From contig JACPLG010000013.1 of assembly GCA_016186625.1 (NCBI GenBank), forward strand, positions 1 through 57,084: 57,084 nucleotides of DNA, in the 5' to 3' direction. Within the stretch, counting starts at the first letter, position 1. The number at the start of each line of letters is the position of its first letter. The notes under the pieces were generated by a model, which saw nothing but the letters and a program-made list of their open reading frames with translations, was not told where the DNA came from and searched no databases. Of this stretch, positions 9,018 through 16,048 are shown in pieces. The stretch is from Candidatus Levyibacteriota bacterium (lineage in GTDB: Bacteria; Patescibacteriota; Microgenomatia; Levybacterales; UBA12049). Both the position numbers and the translations under genes were made by a program.

Positions 9018-9338
9018 CTATTTAAACCAGGGAAATTTGGCGTTTGGATTTGAAAACATCCAGGCCGCGACAAGTGCTATCACAAAAGAGCCTAAAATAA
9101 AGCTTAAAGAATAATTATCAAATGATAAAACACTTGTTAGACTTCTTCCGGATTGGCTAAAAATCCAAGCACCAATTAATAGAGTCACATATCCGTAAAC
9201 AACACTTGTTAGAGCACTCGAGTTTTTTGCAAGAGGCGTTATGAGCGCTTTTCCCTGCATGCCTAATACAATGTATGGCACAGACATTGTTAGAAAAGCT
9301 CCAGCAAGAAAAGGAAGCACTAATTCCATATTATTCAC
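9018..9338 (-). CDS. small integral membrane protein (about 3 TM helices)
   Basis: It has hydrophobic segments, a strong SD AAAGGAGG upstream, and its own promoter. Confidence 0.7.
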   Translation of the reverse strand: MNNMELVLPFLAGAFLTMSVPYIVLGMQGKALITPLAKNSSALTSVVYGYVTLLIGAWIFSQSGRSLTSVLSFDNYSLSFILGSFVIALVAAWMFSNPNAKFPWFK

Positions 9339-9356
9339 CTCCTTTCAACCACCTTG

Positions 9357-9385
9357 ATAGTAGTTAAATCAAATCTACCTGTCAA
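9357..9385 (-). promoter_or_regulatory. sigma70-type promoter for 9338 gene
   Basis: The minus strand reads TTGACA-N17-TACTAT. Confidence 0.6.
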
Positions 9386-9427
9386 TAAAACAATCAACAT
9401 CAAATCGAAACAAAATAAATTAGGCAG

Positions 9428-9580
9428 TTGAGCGGAATCGAATTTTATACTAAACTTGTGTCAAATTTTGCACCATCAGGTGATTAACCACAGGCAATTG
9501 AAAAACTTACCAAAAGCATTGAGTCGGAAAACAGGCACTCTGTCCTTCTTGGTGTTACCGGTAGTGGAAAAACGTTTACA
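9428..9580 (+). pseudogene. uvrB: uvrB N-terminal relic with in-frame stop
   Basis: My translation gives [42 protein letters not shown]. This is the UvrB N-terminus plus Walker A, with TAA at 9485-9487 replacing the Gln of GDQP. Homology ends after the P-loop. Confidence 0.8.
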
Positions 9581-9670
9581 AAAATTCGCAACTTCGGGCA
9601 GCGGTTATTTACATAAACAGGAAGCTCAGGGGATAGGAGGTCCCTCAAAAGTCAAACAAATTAAGATCAA

Positions 9671-9699
9671 TTGACAATATAAATTTCCACCCTTATAAT
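9671..9699 (+). promoter_or_regulatory. consensus promoter driving a leaderless ORF
   Basis: TTGACA-N17-TATAAT is perfect. ATG 9708 lies 8 nt after the -10 box with no SD. Confidence 0.7.
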
Positions 9700-9707
9700 C
9701 CCAGAAT

Positions 9708-10106
9708 ATGATAAGACTTGAAACAGAGTCTTTAATCCAAGCACAAAGGAGATCGGGATTAAGAGTAGAAGCAGGAGATCCATTGATTCGGAGAAGAAGA
9801 CTTCATATAGCGCCAGGAATGATTGGAAGTTTTTCAATAACGCTTCCTTCAAGAATAGAAATTTATAAAGGAACATATCAAGAAGTAAATGGACAAGTTA
9901 ATGAATTGACGAGTCGTTTTGGTCAAGAGTTAAGAGCGATAGGGGCCGTTTGGGGACGTCCTCTCGCGCTAAGGTTAGGTAATGGTTTGGAGCCGGCACT
10001 TACTATAAGAGCAGGAACTTCGGAAGAACAAAGGCAACGTATAAGGGATATAGTAGGCTTTCCAATCCCACTACTTGAAGTTCCACAACTGATCTCCTAC
10101 AGATAA
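9708..10106 (+). CDS. hypothetical protein (132 aa)
   Basis: The ORF has a consensus promoter and no recognisable motif. Confidence 0.5.
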   Translation: MIRLETESLIQAQRRSGLRVEAGDPLIRRRRLHIAPGMIGSFSITLPSRIEIYKGTYQEVNGQVNELTSRFGQELRAIGAVWGRPLALRLGNGLEPALTIRAGTSEEQRQRIRDIVGFPIPLLEVPQLISYR

Positions 10107-10144
10107 AATAGCTTTAAATTCCCATTGACAAGCCAATATGTTTA

Positions 10145-10708
10145 GTGTTGACTATTTATATATGGCAAAAAGAGCAAGAAGAAGAGCCCGAAAAGTTTAT
10201 AAAAAATTCTGCCTTCACCATTTATCAAGTGATTCAGCCCTTGCCAAGCATTAAAGGTGCAGCTACTGCTGATTATATATCCGTAACTGAGGAGGAAGGA
10301 TTAAGAATAGCAAATGCCAGCGTAAATGAAGTAACTCGTTTGGTATATGTTATTGTATTTAGGGATCCAAATGCTAATGGCAGACAGAGTAATACGGAGA
10401 ATTGTTATGATAGAGCCTTCACTTTTACAATAAACTCTATTAAAAAGACCAGAAAGACCGATAAGTACTGCGATCCGGCACCGGGATATAAAGCATATGT
10501 AATCAGCCACCGGAATTGCAATAAAGTCACACTCAATCCCCCATCTGGATATAGGGTAACAGGATACACTTACTCGGATGGAAAGAATAGAGGAAGAACA
10601 GTTCTTGGAAAAAGAACGGTAACCCTCTGCGGAGCCTTTGGTCCGGATGAAGGACTAAATATCAAGCGGGTTTTTCAAGCTGTAGATTTTGGAATAACAA
10701 AGAAATAA
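10145..10708 (+). CDS. hypothetical Cys-containing protein; start uncertain, possibly 5'-truncated
   Basis: The ORF has a GTG start and no SD or signal peptide. Its composition is protein-like. Confidence 0.45.
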   Translation: MLTIYIWQKEQEEEPEKFIKNSAFTIYQVIQPLPSIKGAATADYISVTEEEGLRIANASVNEVTRLVYVIVFRDPNANGRQSNTENCYDRAFTFTINSIKKTRKTDKYCDPAPGYKAYVISHRNCNKVTLNPPSGYRVTGYTYSDGKNRGRTVLGKRTVTLCGAFGPDEGLNIKRVFQAVDFGITKK

Positions 10709-10752
10709 TAATTTCATTTGACTTCTTATTTTCCTCTTGATATGTTTCCCAT

Positions 10753-11466
10753 ATGGATAAAAAAAGAATTGCAATAACAGGATCCAGAGGGACGATTGGA
10801 ATAATTCTTAAGGATGGTTTGCCAGAGGATTTTGAAATAATAGAGGCCAGCTTGCCGGAAGTGGATGTTAGGGACTTTGGACAATTAAAGAAGGTCGCTC
10901 GGGGAGCTTTTGCCATAATTCACCTTGCGTGGAACAGTAAAGCGGAAAATCATAAGAATGAGCAAATAGATCCTGACAGCAGCCTCATGTTTCTTAATGT
11001 TTACAAGGCGGCAATTGAGACTGGAGCTAAGCGAGTGATTATGGCAAGCTCTATTCACGCTGACACTTTTATTGGGCGGAAGGGCCCGCCCGCCTCGCAA
11101 GCGAGAGCGTTGCGGGCAGGCCCGGGTTTATTATCTCCTGACAGAACTCCTGTACCTGATAGCCCATACGGAGCAAATAAAGTTTTTGCAGAGTCAATGG
11201 GCAGATATTTTGCTTCAAAGGGACTTGAGGTAGTTTGTGTAAGATTTGGCGGAGTGAATCAGAGAAATTCGCCCGCAGGAGCGGAGCATCCGGCGGAGGA
11301 AAGAGCGGCATGGCTGTCACATAATGATTTAATAAGTTTGATACGCGCTATTTTGCAAGCAGAATCAATCCCAAATTTCGTCTTGATGTACGCAGTTTCA
11401 GATAACCCGGGCAGAATTCATGATACCTCAAACCCCTTTGGCTGGATGCCAAAAGACAGGGCATAA
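10753..11466 (+). CDS. NAD-dependent epimerase/dehydratase (SDR) family protein with GC-rich in-frame insert
   Basis: It carries a Rossmann ITGSRGTIG motif and a catalytic YGANK (YxxxK) motif. Confidence 0.75.
   Translation: MDKKRIAITGSRGTIGIILKDGLPEDFEIIEASLPEVDVRDFGQLKKVARGAFAIIHLAWNSKAENHKNEQIDPDSSLMFLNVYKAAIETGAKRVIMASSIHADTFIGRKGPPASQARALRAGPGLLSPDRTPVPDSPYGANKVFAESMGRYFASKGLEVVCVRFGGVNQRNSPAGAEHPAEERAAWLSHNDLISLIRAILQAESIPNFVLMYAVSDNPGRIHDTSNPFGWMPKDRA
11082..11126. repeat. GC-rich hairpin element inside SDR CDS
   Basis: GGGCCCGCCCGCCTCGCAAGCGAGAGCGTTGCGGGCAGGCCCGGG is self-complementary. It shares GCCCGCC...GCGGGCAGGC ends with 55753-55818. Confidence 0.7.
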
Positions 11467-12411
11467 TCAAAGATTAAGGATTAATTTCTTAAATTCTTGG
11501 TCCCTTTTATAATCTGGTTTCTTTCGCAGTGACCTATCTAAAAATCCTCCAATGGCGCGTGATGCAAGAATTGTTTTTACTTTTTTCATATCGTAGCCTC
11601 GATCTTCCAATTTTTCAAGAATCTCATTAGCTACTTTATCATTTTCAAGAATGCTAAAAACACGTTGAATATAATAAGCAATATCATAATACTCCACACT
11701 CTCAGATGAAGCATGCTCGGCGTCAAAAAGATAAAGCTTGTTGTTTGTTAATTTAAAAATATGCCAAGGAGTAAGGTCCCCGTGTCTCGGCCGTTTTTCG
11801 AGCTCCCTTGCCCCATTCTCGACAACCTTCAACAACTCTCTGATTTGATATTGTTGAACCACATCTTTTGGAATGTCAGACAGCCACAGTCTTGCTTTTT
11901 CAACAAACCATTCCCAGTGCGAAAGGCCGTGAGATAGTTCATTAGGAGCTAAATTTTTAATATCTAGATTTTGTATAAGCTCGGAGAAATTTATTATTTC
12001 CTCAATAGTTTCTTTTAGAAGAATCTGATTAGAAGATCCATATTCTGTTATTTTTTCTCCCTCCACAAAGTCATAAATTGCGTAAAATAAATATTTCTGA
12101 AAATAACCGGAGTCATAATTTATAGGAACCCAAAAATTAGAGTTTTTGCGTGAATTTTGCTTATTAAACTGATTATTCCACTCAAATTCGTTTTGTGTAA
12201 GCCAACTCATTCCCTCAGATGTTGCGAGTTTGACAAAGAATTTTTTATTACTTCTTCCTAGAGTGCCAATTACATGTCTGCCTTCCATTTGCAATTTTTC
12301 TATCCCGTATCCTTTGCCTTTTAGCTCTTTACCAAAAGAGGCTATGTTAATTTTGTGGCCAAGTCTGTAATCAAGGAATTTGTCACCAACCTTTATTGTG
12401 AAGGCTTTCAT
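11467..12411 (-). CDS. aminoglycoside/choline-kinase-like phosphotransferase family protein
   Basis: HGDLTPWHIF and LFDAEHA resemble the catalytic and Mg-binding motifs of the APH/ChoK fold. Confidence 0.65.
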   Translation of the reverse strand: MKAFTIKVGDKFLDYRLGHKINIASFGKELKGKGYGIEKLQMEGRHVIGTLGRSNKKFFVKLATSEGMSWLTQNEFEWNNQFNKQNSRKNSNFWVPINYDSGYFQKYLFYAIYDFVEGEKITEYGSSNQILLKETIEEIINFSELIQNLDIKNLAPNELSHGLSHWEWFVEKARLWLSDIPKDVVQQYQIRELLKVVENGARELEKRPRHGDLTPWHIFKLTNNKLYLFDAEHASSESVEYYDIAYYIQRVFSILENDKVANEILEKLEDRGYDMKKVKTILASRAIGGFLDRSLRKKPDYKRDQEFKKLILNL

Positions 12412-12447
12412 AAAGACTATGATATCAGCTTTTGTTATAATAAGGGC

Positions 12448-12777
12448 GTGGCAAAAAGAAAAATTGCGCCGTTTGGCTATTATTTTAAATATCTTGACAA
12501 TATTGATAAAGGAGTAAGAGACTCCAAAGAATTCGGTTCGATCTTGATTTTGCAGATCGTCGAGGAAGTTGGCGAAATGTCACGAGCGTATCTTGCCGAA
12601 CATGGGAGAAAATCTACAAATCTAGCAGCGCAAGCTGATGAAACTTACAAACAAGAAATGGGAGATATTTTGGTCTCAATCTTGCGTTTGGCACGCATTA
12701 AAAAATTGAATCTTCATGATGCCATGATGTATTCTCTGAAAAAGATCGAAAAAAGAAAAACAGAACCCAAGAAATAG
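12448..12777 (+). CDS. MazG-like nucleotide pyrophosphohydrolase (GTG start inferred)
   Basis: The pattern EEVGEMSRAY...KQEMGDILVSILRLA matches the MazG EExxE...D fold. The upstream part of the listed ORF overlaps the divergent gene. Confidence 0.6.
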   Translation: MAKRKIAPFGYYFKYLDNIDKGVRDSKEFGSILILQIVEEVGEMSRAYLAEHGRKSTNLAAQADETYKQEMGDILVSILRLARIKKLNLHDAMMYSLKKIEKRKTEPKK

Positions 12778-12787
12778 AAAATACCTA

Positions 12788-12816
12788 TTGACGTTGGGCG
12801 AGAAATATTGTATATT
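12788..12816 (+). promoter_or_regulatory. promoter upstream of tuf
   Basis: The sequence reads TTGACG-N17-TATATT. Confidence 0.6.
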
Positions 12817-12898
12817 TCATTTACCATCAAATTCGTGATGGTTTTTCTAGGTTAGATAGGATAAAAATTAACCCTTGATTGGTTAATTTTTTTTGAAT

Positions 12899-14080
12899 AT
12901 GGCAGATAAATTTGAAAGAACAAAACCACACGTAAATATAGGGACCATTGGTCACGTTGATCATGGTAAGACAACCCTTACTGCAGCAATTTCAACTGTG
13001 CTTGCAAAGAAGGGAATGTCGCAAGCAAAAAAATATGAGGACATTGACAACGCCCCAGAAGAAAAAGCAAGGGGCGTTACTATTAATATTACCCATGTTG
13101 AATACGAGACAGAGAAGCGCCACTACGCCCACATTGACGCTCCGGGACACGCAGATTATATAAAAAACATGATTACAGGAGCAGCCCAGATGGACGGAGC
13201 AATTCTTGTAGTTAGCGCTCCGGACGGTCCCATGCCACAGACCCGAGAACACATTTTACTTGCCCGCCAAGTTGGAGTTCCGGCAATTGTAGTTTTCCTT
13301 AACAAAACTGACATAGTCCAGGACACAGAGCTTTTGGATCTGGTTGAAATGGAAGTTAGGGAATTACTCACAAAATATGAATATCCGGGGGATAAAATTA
13401 CAATTGTTCGCGGATCTGCATTAAAAGCGCTTGAAGGAGACGGGGAAGCTGAAAAACAAATACAAGCTTTAATGGATGCAGTGGATACTGATATCCCAAC
13501 ACCGCAGCGAGATACCCAAAAACCTTTCCTTATGCCGGTTGAGGATGTTTTCTCAATTAAAGGCCGGGGAACTGTTGTAACAGGAAGAATTGAGCGGGGA
13601 ATTGTAAAAATTAATGATACAGTTGAAATCGTCGGCATCAAGGATACAAAGTCTACAGTTGTAACAGGAGTCGAGATGTTTAAGAAACAGCTTGATGAGG
13701 GACAGGCTGGAGACAATGTAGGAGTATTACTTCGCGGTGTTGAAAAAGATGATGTAGAGCGTGGTCAAGTTCTGGCCAAACCGGGATCAATTACTCCTCA
13801 CACAGAATTTGAGGCAGAAATCTATGTTCTTACAAAAGAAGAAGGCGGACGCCACACGCCATTCTTTACCGGCTACCGTCCACAATTTTATCTAAGAACA
13901 ACTGATGTGACAGGGGAAGCAACATTACCAACCGGCACTGAAATGGTAATGCCAGGAGACTCAACAAAAATGAGCGTAAAACTTATTGTCCCTGTTGCGC
14001 TTGAAGATGGACTTAGGTTTGCAGTAAGAGAAGGCGGAAAAACAGTTGGAGCAGGAGTAGTTACAAAAGTAATTAAGTAA
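12899..14080 (+). CDS. tuf: elongation factor Tu
   Basis: [35 protein letters not shown] and NKTD motifs are present. Confidence 0.98.
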   Translation: MADKFERTKPHVNIGTIGHVDHGKTTLTAAISTVLAKKGMSQAKKYEDIDNAPEEKARGVTINITHVEYETEKRHYAHIDAPGHADYIKNMITGAAQMDGAILVVSAPDGPMPQTREHILLARQVGVPAIVVFLNKTDIVQDTELLDLVEMEVRELLTKYEYPGDKITIVRGSALKALEGDGEAEKQIQALMDAVDTDIPTPQRDTQKPFLMPVEDVFSIKGRGTVVTGRIERGIVKINDTVEIVGIKDTKSTVVTGVEMFKKQLDEGQAGDNVGVLLRGVEKDDVERGQVLAKPGSITPHTEFEAEIYVLTKEEGGRHTPFFTGYRPQFYLRTTDVTGEATLPTGTEMVMPGDSTKMSVKLIVPVALEDGLRFAVREGGKTVGAGVVTKVIK

Positions 14081-14125
14081 TCGTTCGGCAAGCTCAAGTC
14101 GAGCTTCGCTCTTTGATTTTTTAGT

Positions 14126-14434
14126 ATGCCAAAAGGAAGAATTCGGGTTCGCTTGAAGAGCTATGATGCGAGAGTAATTGATGCGAGTTGTCAGCAGATT
14201 TTAGATACGGCCATAAGAACCGGAGCTAAAGTTGTAGGGCCAATTCCCCTTCCTACTAAAAGATCAGTCTACGCAGTAAACAGATCCCCTTTTATAGATA
14301 AAGACGCCAGAGACCACTTCCAAATAAAAGTCCACAAAAGATTGATAGACATTATCAGTCCCACAGAAAAAACCATGGATAGTCTCGGCCACTTGGACCT
14401 GCCCGCCGGAGTCAACATAGAAATCAAAATGTAA
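14126..14434 (+). CDS. rpsJ: 30S ribosomal protein S10
   Basis: [15 protein letters not shown]...GPIPLPT...HKRLIDI is present. Confidence 0.95.
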   Translation: MPKGRIRVRLKSYDARVIDASCQQILDTAIRTGAKVVGPIPLPTKRSVYAVNRSPFIDKDARDHFQIKVHKRLIDIISPTEKTMDSLGHLDLPAGVNIEIKM

Positions 14435-14515
14435 TCCCTTCAGGTAATTTTCAATTCTCAATTTACAATTTTCAATCAATTCCACAATTTTAATTTCTAG
14501 TAAACACTCTTCCTT

Positions 14516-14546
14516 GCCCCTCGTAGCCTCATGCGGAGTGGGGTGC
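14516..14546 (-). repeat. GC-rich element, reverse-oriented copy of 33338-33365
   Basis: The reverse complement GCACCCCACTCCGCATGAGGCTACGAGGGGC aligns with GACCCCACTCCGCCAAGGCTTCGCGGGGC in the rplQ tail. Confidence 0.6.
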
Positions 14547-14557
14547 TATAATTGCCC
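14544..14557 (+). promoter_or_regulatory. TGCTATAATTGCCC box, copy 1 (extended -10-like)
   Basis: An identical 14-mer recurs at 14721 and 15176. Confidence 0.5.
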
Positions 14558-14671
14558 ATCAAAAATATCAATCCTAGCCTCAAAAGGTCTCACCTTGCAA
14601 GGGTAAAATATCCGTCGACTAGTACACGATACTAAGCTTAAATTTCTAAACATAAGGGGAGGTTCGTTATC

Positions 14672-14697
14672 ACTTCAATGATTTAAATCATTGAAGT
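14672..14697. promoter_or_regulatory. perfect 26-bp palindrome
   Basis: The sequence is ACTTCAATGATTT|AAATCATTGAAGT. Confidence 0.8.
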
Positions 14698-14720
14698 ATG
14701 CGAAAACAAAACTAAACGTT

Positions 14721-14734
14721 TGCTATAATTGCCC
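14721..14734 (+). promoter_or_regulatory. TGCTATAATTGCCC box, copy 2
   Basis: It is an identical 14-mer. Confidence 0.5.
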
Positions 14735-14751
14735 GATCTAGTTTGCGCTAG

Positions 14752-14780
14752 TTGACATTAAATTTCTTTCGTCGCATAAT
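14752..14780 (+). promoter_or_regulatory. promoter for leaderless VOC gene
   Basis: TTGACA-N17-CATAAT is present. ATG 14787 lies 6 nt after the -10 box. Confidence 0.6.
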
Positions 14781-14786
14781 TACCCC

Positions 14787-15170
14787 ATGTTAGGGAATGC
14801 TCCACTTTCAACTGTCATCCCAACAACAGATCTTAAAAGAGCCCGTGAATTTTATGAGGGAAAACTTGGACTTAAAGTTGTCAAAGCATCAGACTATGGA
14901 ATAATGTTTGAGGCTGGGGCCGGAACAAACCTTTATGTTTATAAAAGAGGTCCCGCAAAATCAGAACATACACTGGCCTCCTTTGAAGTAGCGGATTTAG
15001 AAGCCAAAGTTGATGATATGAGCAAAAACGGAATTGTTTTTGAGAAGTACGATTTTCCTGGTTTAAAAACTAATGAGAAAGGAATTGCAACTTTTGAGGA
15101 GGACGGAGAAAAAGCTGCCTGGTTTAAAGATCCGGATGGAAATATCCTCGCCGTAAGCCAAAACATATAA
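14787..15170 (+). CDS. glyoxalase/bleomycin-resistance (VOC) family protein
   Basis: It is a ~127-aa VOC-fold protein with RAREFYEGKLGLKV and a C-terminal FKDPDGNILAV. Confidence 0.75.
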   Translation: MLGNAPLSTVIPTTDLKRAREFYEGKLGLKVVKASDYGIMFEAGAGTNLYVYKRGPAKSEHTLASFEVADLEAKVDDMSKNGIVFEKYDFPGLKTNEKGIATFEEDGEKAAWFKDPDGNILAVSQNI

Positions 15171-15175
15171 CCTTT

Positions 15176-15189
15176 TGCTATAATTGCCC
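15176..15189 (+). promoter_or_regulatory. TGCTATAATTGCCC box, copy 3, followed by TGTTATAAT
   Basis: It is an identical 14-mer. A second -10 at 15203-15208 lies 8 nt before ATG 15217. Confidence 0.5.
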
Positions 15190-15216
15190 CTAGATTCTGT
15201 GTTATAATTCCCAACC

Positions 15217-15795
15217 ATGGCTCACGAACAACCAACTTTGGGATTAGACTTTAGTCCTACCACCATAGGAGTACTTAAGGGAAGAAGAGAACCTTCTTCT
15301 GTTTTAACAACTGATTTTGCTGGAAGAATTTATGCTGTAACTGGAGATTTTCACGAAAGAACACTTGTAGCCTCATTGGTGGCCTACTCTGATGATAAAA
15401 GAAAATTAATTATTCAACAGATAAGAAGCGCTGTGGAAATGGAAAAAAGAAGACACGAAACAGCGCTGATAAGAAGAGTGCCAGAAGATCTTCTTGAAAG
15501 TACCGAAAACATTGCCAGGCTTGAAGCGCGGATTGTAAGAGTGGAGGAACTTGCGCAGAGTCCCGCTTCTTGGCAAGGTTTTATGGGGGCGATTGTTGCT
15601 CAGGAAAAAAGAGGGCTTATGGCAGCTCTGGGAAGCACTCTGGGTGAAGGTCAGAGATTTTATACTTGGCAGGGACTCGAATCAAATAGAACAGTTGGGG
15701 ACTTAAGACAAGTTGAGGTTGGAACAGATTTTGTACCGGCAAGTAAAGTAGATCTTAGAAGGGTTTGGATCTCTTTAGCATTCAGAGGAACCTAA
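15217..15795 (+). CDS. hypothetical protein (192 aa), apparently leaderless
   Basis: The ORF has a central helical, charged segment and no known motif. Confidence 0.5.
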   Translation: MAHEQPTLGLDFSPTTIGVLKGRREPSSVLTTDFAGRIYAVTGDFHERTLVASLVAYSDDKRKLIIQQIRSAVEMEKRRHETALIRRVPEDLLESTENIARLEARIVRVEELAQSPASWQGFMGAIVAQEKRGLMAALGSTLGEGQRFYTWQGLESNRTVGDLRQVEVGTDFVPASKVDLRRVWISLAFRGT

Positions 15796-15801
15796 TTCCT
15801 C

Positions 15802-15830
15802 TTGCATTTAGGCATATGCTTAGCTATAAT
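15802..15830 (+). promoter_or_regulatory. near-consensus promoter upstream of rplC leader
   Basis: The sequence reads TTGCAT-N17-TATAAT. Confidence 0.65.
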
Positions 15831-15943
15831 TACAAGTACAAAATGGCTAGACAAACACAGGCCACCGGCCTCGGAGGGCTTCTGGCCCGGAGGGAGGTGA
15901 TTGTAGCTACATAGGCTCATTTTTCAAAGTAACTCTTGAAGAG

Positions 15944-15968
15944 AGCGACACTATGTGGTCGCTTTTTT
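15944..15968 (+). terminator. intrinsic terminator/attenuator in rplC leader
   Basis: AGCGAC-actatgtg-GTCGCT is followed by TTTTT. Confidence 0.6.
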
Positions 15969-15984
15969 GTTGCTTAGCCCCTTT

Positions 15985-16040
15985 GTCATCCTGAGTGAAA
16001 CGAAGGATCTTTTAAGATTCTTCACTTCGTTCAGAATGAC
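15985..16040. repeat. GTCATCCTGAG...CAGAATGAC hairpin element (intergenic copy)
   Basis: GTCATCCTGAGTGAAACGAAGGATCTTTTAAGATTCTTCACTTCGTTCAGAATGAC is self-complementary and homologous to 54113-54169. Confidence 0.85.
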
Positions 16041-16048
16041 ATTTTTAT

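Noticed and set aside
10162-10254. A 30-codon basic sORF (MAKRARRRARKVYKKFCLHHLSSDSALAKH) overlapping the 5' end of the 10145 ORF.
   Set aside because: It has an ATG start but no SD, no recognisable family, and no second copy. I could not distinguish it from chance, so I noted it only because the start of the 187-aa ORF is itself uncertain.
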